This document shows, one piece after another, positions 14,091 through 27,093 of a stretch of DNA of 64,000 nucleotides (position 1 is its first letter; every line of letters starts with the position of its first letter). Under the pieces are notes generated by a model. It was not told where the DNA came from. It worked only from the letters and a program-made list of their open reading frames with translations, and ran no database searches. The DNA is taken from NCBI GenBank assembly GCA_964016885.1, contig OZ024758.1:10106001-10170000 (forward strand). Direction: 5' to 3'. Origin of the DNA: Eledone cirrhosa (Eukaryota). Position numbers and translations under genes: made by a program.

Positions 14091-14208
14091 ATCTATATTG
14101 TTATCAACTTGTCCATTACCATGTTACTTCACAGTCTATATTGTTATCAACTTGTCCATTACCATGTTACTTCACAGTCTATATTGTTATCAACCTGTCC
14201 ATTACCAT
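14091..14208. repeat. 43-bp tandem repeat, about 2.7 copies
   Basis: TCTATATTGTTATCAACTTGTCCATTACCATGTTACTTCACAG repeated directly 5' of a SINE. Confidence 0.9.
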
Positions 14209-14210
14209 AG

Positions 14211-14510
14211 TGAAGGTGCATGGCTTAGTGGTTAAAGCGTCAGGCTTACAATTGTGAAGTTGTGATTTTGCCGTTGTGTTCTTGAACAAGACACTTTATT
14301 TCACATTGCTCCAGTTTACTCAGCTGTAGAAATGAGTTACGACGTCACTGGCGCCAAGCTGTATTGGCCTTTGTCTTTCCCTTCTACAACATCGGTGGCA
14401 TTGAGACTGGTATGGATAGACAACAACCTTGCCCAGAGTTATGCCCCTCGGAGGGGAACTTTCTAGGTGTAAATCCCTTGGTCATTCATGATTGAAGGGG
14501 GTCTTTACCA
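14211..14510 (+). mobile_element. CORE-type SINE family A, alternative 3' tail
   Basis: tRNA head plus CORE-like block, then GGAGGGGAACTTTCTAGGTG tail shared with 213-420. Confidence 0.8.
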
Positions 14511-15833
14511 TTAACATATTTCTAAAGAAAGACTCTGCCTATAGTTTACAAATCATTTTGAATATGATCAAGAATTTGAAAGGATTTAGCAATATAACCA
14601 ACTTTCTCATTATTAAGATGGTGTTTGGAATATAACTTAACAAATATTCTTACATAAAATTATGATCGAAGATTTTAAGATAAATATAAATAGTTTATAA
14701 TAACTACCATAGAAACAAAGGCGGTTTCAAGCTTTCATTACCATATTTCTGATGAAAGATAAAGTTATTGCTTGTTGTCTGTAAATAATGTTAATGTTCT
14801 TAGTATCTGACATTGCTACAACATCAACGAGTATACCATTCTGTTGCTGCTGGTTGTGGTGTGAGGTCAGCTTGAGTTTAGGTTGAGGTGTTCATCTGGT
14901 ATATATGCTGACCCCAGATAACCTGCAAGAACCACCTTAGCTCCATTTATTCATGTTGCATGTAAAGAACAGGCAGCCCTACCCATGAACTGGCATAGCA
15001 AAAGAACTCTTGTATCAATTCTCATCATATAGACTAAATGAACACCTCTGCCTAATTAAAGTTATTACTTAGCCCTATTTGTTTCTCATTAATATTCACT
15101 TGCCTGGGGTTTCTGCTCCAATTAACTATTAACAATTGATTATTGATTTGTTATCATTAAGCAAAAAGGTTACTTTTTGAAATAAGTTTAGTCAGTTGAA
15201 ACAACCAAAGGGAGAATCTAATTAGTCATTTGATAATGTCAAGTGATAATTGTTTCTACTTTTGGCACAAGGCCAGCAATTACCCAGTACATTACTGGTA
15301 CTTTATTTTATCGACCCCGTAAGGATGAAAGGCAAAGTTAATGCCTCCTAAAAACTTAATTGATGAATTAAGTTTACCATCTAGGAACTCAGAGCACAAA
15401 GAGACAGAATAAAATGCCACAAAGCATTTTATCCAAAACTGTAACAATTCTATCAAACTTTGGAATAGGTTTTTTATATTTTATTGAACCAGTAAGGAAG
15501 AAAGACAAAGTTGACTTTGGAATCAGAACTCAGAGTGCAGAGAACCAGAACAAAAACAGCATTTTCTCTGCCAATTCACCTTTTAATCTTTCCCAAAACT
15601 ACTCATGGTTCTATAAAACAAAACAACTCATTGTAAATGGTTCCTATTTAAATTTAAATCTTCCAACACAATTTGAAATAAGAGCCATTTGTTAGGTTAT
15701 GTTACAAATACCATTATAATGAATAATTAATAATTTTACTAAATGCTTCCAAATCCTTCATTAATTAATTCGAATGCAGTGTATTTCATTTGAAACACGG
15801 TAATGAAAGGATTAAGAATAAAGTAGTTTATAA

Positions 15834-15960
15834 CCATGGCCATGTGGCTAGAATACCTAAGGAAAGGTTGGCTGGACAGATTTTACAGGAAAAAACCAAC
15901 CGACAGAGGTAAATTCTGAGCAAGATGGTTGGATAACATCCATGGTTCTTCTCTTGGATT
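15834..15960 (+). mobile_element. RTE-clade LINE C-terminal fragment
   Basis: HGHVARIPKERLAGQIL...ARWLDNI resembles the RTE GHxxR...RWxD C-terminus. Confidence 0.6.
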
Positions 15961-16309
15961 GACTCATATGTGACAGATGTTTACATAGTAATCAACCCTG
16001 TACATTAAGATGAGCCAGCAACCTGTCCTGGGAGGCTTGAGATGGACGCACAAAGGTTGCATATCCTGAGACCCCAAAGAGAGCATATCTTAAGAATTTC
16101 TTATAAGCTCAGAGAAAAAAATGGTGTGATGGATGGTGAGTTAGAAAGAGAATGTAAACATAGTAATTGTACTGGCAAGAAGAGAGGGAGAGGAGGGAAG
16201 ATGATACACAGAACTTACCTCCCCTTCCCCCTAATCCCCTTCCCTCATTCCACCCCCCACCCCTGAACAAATTACCAATAGCTGAGAAAACAAACACTAC
16301 ATTAAATGT

Positions 16310-16535
16310 CTAACTCTTTAGCGTTTAAACCGACTGTATCCGGCCAGAATTCTCTCACCTCTTTCTGTTTAAACTGGTTGTAACTGGCCACTCATACTGA
16401 TGTTAAGGTATTGTTCTCAAAATAAATAATATCAAAATCTCAGATTCAATGTTATGTGAGATATTATGTGAGGTAAAGCCTTTACTGTTAAAATACAATA
16501 GTAAATATAGAGCAATGTAAATGTTAAAGGGTTAA
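16310..16535. mobile_element. piggyBac-type MITE
   Basis: TAACTCTTTAGCGTTTA...TAAATGTTAAAGGGTTAA ends; inverted relative to the copy at 17902. Confidence 0.7.
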
Positions 16536-16599
16536 ATTTTGAAAATATTTAGAAAATAAAATGTTAATGATGAGTTTATTTATTTTAGTTATACATAAT

Positions 16600-16778
16600 A
16601 ATTGTTTCTAGTTTAGGCACAAGGCCATCAATTACCCAGTACATTACTGGTACTTTATTTTATCGACCCCGTAAGGATGAAAGGCAAAGTCAACCTCGGC
16701 GGGATTTGAACTCAGACCGCAAAGGGACGTAACTATGCTGGAAAGCATGGCGTCTGACTCTCTACCAATACTGCCAAT
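16600..16778 (-). mobile_element. SINE family B
   Basis: Near-consensus reverse complement copy. Confidence 0.85.
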
Positions 16779-17089
16779 TAGTTATACATAATAATGGTCT
16801 GGTCAGGCTTCATCGGCCAGCTACTGGTACCATGTAATCCAGTACAACCTGCTTCATTATCAAGTGAATGAACTCATCCACGATACAGTCATCCCAGTCC
16901 CCCTACTGGGATGGTGTAAACAGCAGGGCAGACATCTGAAAATGTGGATTGGCAGGATGAAGTCGTGTTTTCAGCTAATATCTGGTCCTCACACATATGG
17001 TGTCCGTCATTGGAACCATCACTGGCTGACAATATCTGCATCAAATGTCTATTATTGCTATGCATGGCTGGGTTCTATTCACAATGATG

Positions 17090-17420
17090 GAGATGCACAA
17101 TTTGATGTCAGCTAAACCAGTGTCTGAGCCTCTCTTTGCAATACTCTGGTACACAGTATGATGTCAACGAAACCAGTGTCTGAGCAGCCTCTATTTGCAA
17201 TAATCTGATGCACAGTTTGGTGTCAGCTAAACCAGTACATAGACAGCCTCTAGTTGCAATACTGTGGGTGCACATAGACAGCATCTAGTTGCAATACTGT
17301 GGTGCACAGTTTGGTGTCAGCTAAACCAGTACATAGACAGCCTCTAGTTGCAATACTGTGGGTGCACATAGACAGCATCTAGTTGCAATACTGTGGTGCA
17401 CAGTTGGCTGTCAGCTAAAC
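17090..17420. repeat. compound tandem repeat including a 94-bp exact duplication
   Basis: GCACAGTTTGGTGTCAGCTAAACCAGT and CTAGTTGCAATACTGTGG sub-units recur. Confidence 0.85.
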
Positions 17421-17901
17421 CCATCATCTCCATCAAAATAATTTTTTTCAGTAAGATCTTCAATACTGATTATCTCCTTCCCAGTTGTTACAGACGTTTT
17501 CAGTTTTCCATTTCAGCCATTTCTACTATATAAACACTTCACTGACAAAAGATTACGTTTATTTTATTCTAAATTTTCATTGCTGTTTTTCTTTTCCTTT
17601 TAATTTCATTCAGTTTCATTTCGTTGTAAAGTTTTTATTTTCACTTTAATTCACTTTTGTTATATTATATCCATTTGTTTTTTTGTTTTCACTTTAATCT
17701 TTCATTTCATTACACAGATTTTACTTTCACTTTAATTCAATTTCATTTTATTGTCTGCCTTTTTATACATCTAATGCAAATCATTTCAGAACTTAATTTT
17801 AACAACTCTAGAAGGATTGAAAGCAAAGTTGATTTTGGGAGAATTTAAACTCAGAACATAAAGGGTAGGAACTAATATTGTATGGCCTTTTGTTGAACAC
17901 C

Positions 17902-18130
17902 TTAACCCTTTAGCATTTCCATTATTCTATATTTACTATTTTATTTTCATGGTAAACACTTTATCTCACATAATTATCTCACATAGTATTGAATCTATGA
18001 GATTTTGATATTATGTATTTTGAGAACAATACCTTAACATAAGTATGAGCAGCCGGTTATGGGCGGTTTGAACAGAAAGAGATGAGATAATTTTGGCCGG
18101 ATACAGCCAGTTTAAATGCTAAATGGTTAA
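17902..18130. mobile_element. piggyBac-type MITE
   Basis: TTAA-CCCTTTAGCATTT...AAATGCTAAATGG-TTAA: TTAA duplication and CCC terminus. Confidence 0.8.
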
Positions 18131-18701
18131 TGCAGGCATAGGCAGCCCATAGCTTTATTTCATCTGGTCTGCATATTTCGTTGAATATGTGACAATTTAT
18201 ATAAATTATTTTTTTTATTCTTCATTTTCCTTTGGTAAAATTTAAAATTTAGTATCAAAAATGAGTTTCATTTTTGCAGTGTCTTGGAATGAACTAATGC
18301 TTGATATTTATACAAAAAAAAAAAGAATGAGACCCTTCACTCGGTAAAAAATGAAGGTTTGACCAGGTGCAAAATTTTAAACAGTAAATGTTTCACTTCC
18401 CTAAATGAATACAGCAAAAGAATGATTATTTTATTGAAAATCATTTATTTTATTATACATATTTTATCGATCCCATAAGGAAGAAAGGCAAAGCTAACCT
18501 CAGCAGAAATCAGAATGTAAAGGGCAGTAATTATATACTACAAAGCATTTTGTCTGACGCTTTACTGATACTGTCAATTTTTAACAAAGGCAAAAAAAAT
18601 TTACAATCGGCAAAATGTATGGCAGCTTGTAACAAACAAGAATTTTTTGCTTACTATTTTCTTAAATTAAATTTTCAAATAGAAATTCTATTGCTAATGT
18701 A

Positions 18702-18885
18702 TGAGGGTCAGCTGAAAAGTTCATAGGTTGACCAAGATACTCTCATGGAATGACCAAATGAAGTTTATTTTTCAATATAATCCCTGGAAAGAAACAATGC
18801 AGTTATTGATACGAAGAGTTGAAATTAATGCATGCAAAATTTCTCAGCTCTAGCATCACTCCTTCATAGTCAGCCTATGAATTTC
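18702..18885. mobile_element. mariner-type MITE
   Basis: TGAGGGTCAGCTGAAAAGTTCATAGG start and family internal sequence. Confidence 0.8.
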
Positions 18886-19080
18886 TCAATTTATTTATAA
18901 AATTATTATATGAAAAGTCATTTCAATAAATTCAAAAGTCCTTTTGATAAAAAATCATTTCAATAAAAATGCATTCAATGAAATGCTGTTTGATAGAAAA
19001 TCATGTAATTAGATTTGAAGCAAGGGATTTTTCATGGTGTAACTTAATTGAGAAGACATGAAACAGATGTCACTTAAGAT

Positions 19081-19367
19081 GAAGGCGCATGGCTTAGTGG
19101 TTAGAGCATTGGGCTTGCAATCGAAAGGTTGTGAGTTCAATTCTCAGACCGGGTGATGTGTTGTTTCCTTGAGCAAGACACTTTATTTCACATTGCTCCA
19201 GTTTATCAGCTGTAGAAATGAGTTGATAGGGACTGGGGTCCCTATCATTCCACTGCAAAGTGGTTGTGGAGATGCCATGGCAAAAAAGCACCCAGCACTC
19301 ACTGTAAATGAGGTTGGTGTGAGGAAGGGCATCCAGCTGTAGAAATCAAGCCAGAATCAGTTCCCGA
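19081..19367 (+). mobile_element. CORE-type SINE family A
   Basis: Head, CORE-like block, one internal unit, 3' truncated. Confidence 0.85.
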
Positions 19368-20477
19368 CTATCATGGTTGGAATATTTTTTAACATAAACT
19401 GACTGGGAATTAACGTGTTCTTGGTTATAGTAGATAAATTGCTAGTGATTAATTAATATCAGATAAATTGCTAGTGATAAATTAATTGCTAGCAGATAAA
19501 TTGCTAGTGATCAAATGACTTTCTGGTATCAAGTTACTTTAAGTATTATATTTCCTGTTGTGTTTCGTTTTTCTTTTGATAATTACAATTTTTTATAGCT
19601 CCCCAAATACTAAATATTGTGTTATTCTACAATTGATAAGAACTAAAACCATTCTTTTAACCTTAATGTTTTTTGTTTCCAAATTCTAAATTGATGCCGT
19701 TCACATACCTTTTATTATAAGCTTCATCATTCTATTAGTTGCTTACAATTCAAGCTCTTTTGTTATAAATTACCTAAGCATGTGGCTCATTCATAATGCA
19801 TTCCTTCAATAAACGCAGACTCGTCATATTTTTACCCATTTATAAAAACACCCACGTCCATACAACACTTCTAGCTTCTATCTCTATGTTACACAGCTGC
19901 TAATTAACTCAGCAACAGCACATGCCTAATATAATTTGTTTAAAAGTTACTATGAGAATGGGATCAGCTGAAAAGTTCATAGTCTGACTATGAAGGATTG
20001 ATGCTAGAGCTATGAAATCTTGTATGCATTAATTTCAACTCTTCTTTTCAACTTATGAACTTTTCAACCAACCCTTGTACATTTTATGTCTTAATCAGAC
20101 CTGACAACTCTCCCTGTCAGATGGGGGAGATCTCCCTTGGGGGTGGGTGGGAGATGTCTTCTATTATGAAAATGGGTAGATTCTTCTTCCATCTAGCTTT
20201 CTTCATTCAGAGTGAATAAGCCTGGGAAGTTTGAGCTCGAAGAGTATCGAACTTATTCAACAAACTTCATCATCATCTAGAATAGCAAACTTACTGCCTT
20301 AGCGCTCAAGAACAAACACAGAACAATTGAGTAAGTCATCATAATTATTGAAGAAATTATAACCGAGTAAACATATTCAGGTAGTGTTCAAGCACCCTGT
20401 ATGTCACCGTTTGTAAAGCCCTTTGAATGACTGAAGCAATTCAATAAAACTATCCCGTTTTTCCCCTATAATAGACA

Positions 20478-20658
20478 TAACTGTTTCTACTTTAGGCACA
20501 AGGCCAGCAATTACCCAGTGCATTACTGGTACTTTATTTTATCGACCCCGTAAGGATGAAAGGCAAAGTCAACCTCGGCGGGATTTGAACTCAGATCGTA
20601 AAGAGACGTAACTGTGCCGCAAAGCATGGCGTCTGACCCTCTACCGATACTGCCAATC
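20478..20658 (-). mobile_element. SINE family B
   Basis: Near-consensus reverse complement copy. Confidence 0.85.
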
Positions 20659-21016
20659 CACCACCTATAATAGACATAACACAAGAAAACACACCATAAT
20701 AAGTCGGATAAACAATCAGAAGTGTTGGCCCTAAAGAGGGCCTTGTAACATTCACTGTTGCAAAGTGTCAATAATGGGGGAGAAGTTACATCTTAATTCG
20801 TGTTAATCTTCCCACAATCTGACACCTCGAAATGTCGACAAAATAAAGTCTACTCTCAAAGACGGCATGTTACAATTAACATGCTTCTGACTAATTTCAT
20901 GGTAAGCCAACTTCCAGGTCATTGATCATACTTTTTTGTAACTTATCACTGATTCCTGCAGTTGCCCTTAATGTGACCTAAGCGTGTGCACGTGTTCAGA
21001 ATCCATATCAGTGGAT

Positions 21017-21058
<42 letters not shown>

Positions 21059-21834
21059 GACATCTGTTCAGTCGACAACCAAAATTAGATTGTTGTCTGC
21101 TTTGTTTGAAATTTCTTTATGTATATTTCTAATAAGTTGTTGCCTCGTTTTGGAGGACTGAGTTGTGGGAGGGAGGGTTTAACATACAGTAGTAGTATCT
21201 CCTCTTTCCCCTCTCTCACTGAAACGTCTTCTCTTTCCCCCTCCATTCATAGGCTGACCAAGATACTCTCATGGAATGACTAAATGAGGTTTATTTTTCA
21301 ACATAGTCCCTGGAAAGAAACAATGCAGTTATTAATAAAAAGACTTGAAATTAATGTATGCAAGATTTAGCAGCCCTAACCTCACTCCTTCATAGTTATC
21401 CTGTGACCTTTTCAGTCGATCCTCATATGTTCAGAGTTTAAACCCTGATGAAATTAACTTTACCATTCATACTTCTTGGGGGACAATTCCATTGATAAAA
21501 TATGTGTCAATCACAACTGTTTCCTCCCAACACATTTGTAACCTTGTGCCTATGTTAGAAATCAATATTACAGATGGCTATATTCGTTTAGATATAATAT
21601 ATATTTATGGCATTTATAGAATCTATTACAGACTGTTTCTTATACATAGCTTTAAATAGTTTATCACTTGTAGCAAAAGGTGGTAATAGAAGAAATCAAC
21701 TGAGAAGTATTGAAGAATCCATAATCAATCTGACATTAGTTATCTAATATTGGAATCTAAATTATCTATCCAGATGTATAAACCATGCTAAAATATAGAT
21801 GTAATGTGTGATTGCTCTGTCTCAAACCATGATA

Positions 21835-22019
21835 CATGGGTCAGCTGAAAAGTTCATAGAATGTCTATGAAGAATTAATGCTAGAGCTGTGAAATCTTGC
21901 ATGCATTAATTTCAACCCTTCTTATTAATAACTGCATTGAACTATGTTGAAAAATAAACTTCTTTTGTCATTCCATGAGAGTATCTTGGTAGGCCTATGA
22001 ACTTTTCAGCTAACCCTCA
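21835..22019. mobile_element. mariner-type MITE (others at ~19960-20077, 21247-21425, 22467-22657, 52613-52745)
   Basis: GGGTCAGCTGAAAAGTTCATAG...CTATGAACTTTTCAGCTAACCC TIRs with flanking TA. Confidence 0.8.
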
Positions 22020-23196
22020 TAACTCATCCAACCCATGCCAGCATGGAAAACAGATATAAAATGATGATGATGATAAATGTTGATCAAATGAAATGAAAAT
22101 ACATTCCTGAAATGTATAAATTTCATCATTTACCATCCAATGTTCTTCTAAAATACAGGGACTTTTCCAAGAAAAATAAAAATCTATTCTGATATTTTAA
22201 ATGCCCAAACATTGATTGAAAATTTTAGCAAAATATTTTCTTTTGATTAGGCACAAGGCCAGTTTTGATTTAAAAGTAAATTTTAAAAAATCAATGTCAG
22301 TAAATTATTGTTGGCATTTTGAAGTAATATTTGAAAGATGGAAGACAAAGCAATATTAAACTAAAGTATGTAGTATTCAAACAAATCACTTCAAATGTTG
22401 TGAAAGAGAATTATTACAAATCAGTCTTTAATTTGAAACACTTCAATTATTAATATTGTGTTAACACAGGCTGAAAGGTTCATAGGCTGACATTGATGGA
22501 GTAATGCTAGAGCTGCAAAATCTTGCATGCATTAATTTCATCTCTTCTTATTAAAAATGCATTGTTTCTTTCCAGGGACTATGTTGAAAAATAAATCTCA
22601 TTTGGTCATTCCATGAAAGTATCTTGGTCAGCCTATGAACTTTTCAGCCAACCCCCATAATGTTGTGATCATTAAAATCCTAATTACATCATACTTGCTG
22701 AAATAATGATGAGAGAATCACCAAGTAATTGTATAAGTAAGCATAATAGATGAATTAATATATTTAGAATAAATGAATCACTGGACCTGTGGAATAGTAG
22801 CAAATCAGAAATGTAGGCAATCAGACAAGATCATCATCATCATCATCTTCTAATGTCCATTTTCCTTGCTAGCATGGGTTAGACGGGTTGTCCCATTTGA
22901 AGCAAGTTGGGTCAGAATAGACATCGGCAGGATTTGAACTCATACACCACAAATATATCAACTAGGTATATGTAGCCATGTACACAACAGCAGTAGTAAG
23001 ATTTGAATTTGTGCCTGTGTGCTTAATAGTCCCAAACCTTAATATCACGGCCATGGAGTCTCACATTATTATCAAATTATATGTAAATAATGTGCAAATA
23101 ATATAATAGATATAATAAAAATATAGTAATATAACAGTGGGTGAGGGGCTCCATGTTTCCTTTCAGTCTCACTGTCATTATATATTGGCAGTGCGA

Positions 23197-23382
23197 TGGA
23201 TTGGCAGTATCGGTAGAGGGTCGGATGACATGCTTTGACGCATAGAGTTACGGCCCTTGCCATTCTGAGTTCAAATCCTGCCGAGGTTAACTTTGCCTTT
23301 CATCCTTACGGGGGTTGATAAAATAAAGTACCAGTAATGCACTGGGTAATTGCTGGCCTTGTGCCAAAAATAGAAACAATTA
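23197..23382 (+). mobile_element. SINE family B
   Basis: A/B boxes and family body. Confidence 0.85.
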
Positions 23383-23494
23383 TATTGTATATATATATCG
23401 ACCCATAACTCCCGGGGGAGTTGTAGGGATTTCGTATTGACACATGGACATGTGATTTCGTATTGACACATGGACATGTGATTTCGTATTGACA

Positions 23495-23730
23495 CATGGA
23501 CATGTGATGCGTGTGAAGGATGACAGCTGCATAAAAAGGTGCAGAGCACTAGAAGTCGATGGAAACCGCGGAGTGGGGAGACCCAAGATGACTTGGGATG
23601 AGGTGATAAAAGCCGACCTTACCCAATTACACCTCCTCAAGGCGATGACACACGACCGTGACCTCTGGCGTCACGCAGTAATACAGAATACCCGACCTCC
23701 CATGGGTACAAGCTGAAGCATATAGACAAT
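23495..23730 (+). mobile_element. RTE-clade LINE 3' fragment
   Basis: GHVMRVKDDSCIKRCRALEVDGNRGVGRPKMTWDEVIKADL...DRDLWR, typical RTE ORF end. Confidence 0.85.
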
Positions 23731-23746
23731 ACGCCCCCACACCCTC

Positions 23747-24024
23747 CCACTGCAAGGTGGTCGTGGAGGTGCCACGGCAAAAAAGCACCCAGCCCACACT
23801 GTAAAGTGGACGTGGAGGTGCCACGGAAAAGCACCCAGCACTCACTGTAAATGAGGTTGGTGTTAGGAAGGGCATCCAGCTGTAGAAATCAAGCCAGATC
23901 AGTTCCTGTATGAGCAAGGCATGGTCAGCCGACCAGACACTGCCCACAACAGGACAACCCGTCTTACCCATGCTAGCGTGGAAGAACGGATGTAAAACAG
24001 TGATGATGATGATGATGATGATGA
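23747..24024 (+). mobile_element. SINE-A 3' half with (GAT)n tail
   Basis: Internal units, GGAAGGGCATCCAGCTGTAGAAA, CCCATGCTAGCGTGGAAGAACGGATGTAAAA and (GAT)n. Confidence 0.8.
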
Positions 24025-24320
24025 CATGGTGCTTCTAGGGTCCTTTTTTTTTCTTTTTAAACCTGGCGGAGCCCATCTCTTCTCCAGGTCTGAATACAGC
24101 AGATTTTTTTTCCAGAGAAGCATAGAGAGAGCGAGAGAAAGGAAGTGAGAAAGAGATATAGAGGAAGAATCAACCCCCAGTACTAGACTGGTACTTGTAT
24201 TATCGACCTTGAATGGAAGAAAAGTAAAGAAGACCTTGGCAGGATTTTAACTTGGAGAGCAGAGAGCTGAAAGGAATACCGCAAAGCATTCTATCTGACA
24301 TTCTAACAACTCTGCCAATT
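24025..24320 (-). mobile_element. long SINE-B-related element (family C)
   Basis: Matches 29277-29635 (AAACCTGGCGG.GCCCATCT...TGAATACAG...AAGAATC.ACCCCAGTAC); its 3' end lies at about 23395-23445. Confidence 0.7.
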
Positions 24321-25473
24321 TATTATATTACTTCCTCTCAGTGTCTGCCTCCTCAGACCATCACTAGTCTTGTTGATAACAATACAGGAAGCTTTTTGTC
24401 ATTGCTTAATCTGCAAGAAATATCTCACATCTATAAACAGTCTATAAATATTAATTCAATGTTTATATTGAAATTTGATCAAAGTTTGAATTTTTATTTC
24501 AGAGTGATGAGGATGATTCATAAATATATTTAAATTCAATTTCAAACTCTTGCTAGATTATGATTTATGGAAACATTTATGAAAACATTTCAAATTGATA
24601 AAATGTGAAATGTTAAACAAAAAAAATCAATGTCATCATCATCATCATTGCTTTTTACGTTTGCTTTTCCATGTTTGCAGGAGTTAGATAAGACTATTTG
24701 AGGCAGGTTTTCTGTGGCCAGGTATTAATTTTAATTAAATCTAATAAATTATTGTTCTAAGTAATATACTCAGACGTTTATTTGTCTCCCCTTTAAAGCA
24801 ATATTTATCCAAGAAATGATAATTTGGACTAACTTCCAGCAACGTCAGTATAAACAATTCTTTCTTCTCTGAAAATTCCATGCAAATATCACTTATAGCA
24901 ATGTATATGTAAGCGAACCCAGTTTGTATATATATATATATAAATGAAGTAATTCCATCGGAAAAGTCCAGGAAAAAAGAGTGCTCTATGTAGGTCACAG
25001 AGCTTAATAGTTATGTAATAAACAACATAAGCCAATTATTCCATTTACCAGTGGTTTCTTAAAAGCAAAAAGTTTTGCTTTCAATCCTCAGAATGAAAAA
25101 ATCCTGGTCTGTTTATTGAATTTGGATTTTAAAAACCATAGCAATGTATATGCAAGCGAACCCACACACATATGTGTGAATTGTTATTTGATATTGTATT
25201 GATGAAACACTGGGTAAGATGTAAAGTTTGTTTTTAAATGTATTGTCTTCTCCTCCATTTATTCTGCTTATACTTACTCTGCTTACCTTCTGCGCTTAAC
25301 TCTCATTAAATATTAATTTTTCTATAATAGTTAACACTGCACCATAATATTTAACATTAGCACGCAAGAGTGACCCGACATGTATATATATATACACACA
25401 CACATACATACAACAGGTCTCCTTACAGTTTCTATCAACCAAATTCACTCAGAAGACATTAGTTGGCCTGATG

Positions 25474-25880
25474 ATATAGAAGACTATTGCCCTAGGTTAC
25501 ATATAGAAGACTATTACCCAAGGTACCATATAGAAGAAGGTACTATTGCCCTAGGTACCATAAAGAAGACTATTGCCCTATGTACCATATAGAAGGTACT
25601 ATTGCCTTATGTACCATATAGAAGGTACTATTGCCTTATGTATCATATAGAAGACTATTGCCCAAGGTACCATATAGAAGGTACTATTGCCCAAGGTACC
25701 ATATAGAAGCTACTATTTCCCAAGGTACCATATAGAATACTATTGCCCTATGCAACATATAGAGGTACAATTGCCCAAGGGACTATATAGAAGAAGTTAC
25801 TATTGCCCTAGAGACTATATAGAAGATACTATTGCCCTAGGTACCATATAGAGAAAAGTACTATTGCTCTAGGTGCCACA
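25474..25880. repeat. ~28-34-bp minisatellite, about 13 copies
   Basis: TATAGAAG(GT)ACTATTGCCCTAGGTACCA units. Confidence 0.9.
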
Positions 25881-26483
25881 GAGTGGCCAGAACACAAAAC
25901 CAAATTGAACCACAGTTTGACTTGCTGTTTGTACTTCTAGTATAATTATTACCAAAATGTTAGGTGCTACAGTCTAGGAGGGGGGGGGGGGCTATATAAC
26001 AAGTTAGCTGTTGATGCTGCTGTTGTTGTTGTTGTTGTTTAGCTCCATGTTAGCTTAGATCAAAGGCTTTTCAGCTGTGACTATCACACTTTTTTGTATA
26101 TGAGGGACTACATTAGCGAATGTGTCTTTCTTTTCATTAAGACAGTAGAGTGTGATTTGAAGGAGATTGAACTGCTATCTTTAGCAGTTCAAGAGACCTT
26201 ATAGAGGCTCTCTTGTCAGCAATCTCTGCATCGTAACAGAGTGATTGAGTAACATTGTGGGTGGAAAGATCTAGAATAGTAATATTATTGATAAATTTAT
26301 TCATTGGTTTAGTTGTTGTTGCTTAGCCCCAGTTGACCTATAATTAATGGCATTCCAGCAATGATCACCCTATATTTTATTCATCCATTTAATGTCATCA
26401 AGTACTACATGTAGTCAAGGACTACATTATATAATTACTGTATGTATTACATTATATAAATACTATATATACTACATTATATT

Positions 26484-26664
26484 GGATTGGCAGTATCAGT
26501 AGAGGGTCGGACGCCATGCTTTCCAGCATAGTTACGTCCCTTTACGATCTGAGTTCAAATCCCACTGAGTTTAACTTTGCCTTTCATCCTTACGGGGTCG
26601 ATAAAATAAAGTACCAGTAATACACTGGGTAATTGCTGGCCTTGTGCCTAAAGTAGAAACAATT
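26484..26664 (+). mobile_element. SINE family B inserted in a short TACTACATTATATAA tandem repeat
   Basis: Consensus SINE flanked on both sides by ~25-bp units. Confidence 0.85.
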
Positions 26665-27093
26665 ATATAAATACTGTATACACTACATTATATAAGTACT
26701 GTATATGCTTGAATATAAGCTAGCCAAGCCCCAACCCCACTCCACCCATTTTATATCTGAGAAATAGGCAAAAATCCAAACAGTTATAAACCAAGGCAAC
26801 TAATCAACACATTGTTTAAATGGCATAAACAAGTATAAATAATATTATTATTATTATATCTAATAAATATACATTCTATCTCACTGTGTAAATAGACCCT
26901 GTGATAAAACCTAAGGCTTTCTCTACAAGATGACCCCACCAAGAATAGATTTACTGGTTTCCAATGGTTATTACTGTCTCATCAGGAATGTCTACTCATG
27001 TCCACCCTACAGAGACAATACATGTCTCACAGTTTACTGATGAAGGCCTCAGTTTGCACAGAAGTTCTAGTTCTAAAGTGTGAGTTGACAAAA

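Noticed and set aside
20211-20330. Coding exon between TTCATTCAG and GTAAGT
   Set aside because: All frames contain stops; at most a non-coding exon.
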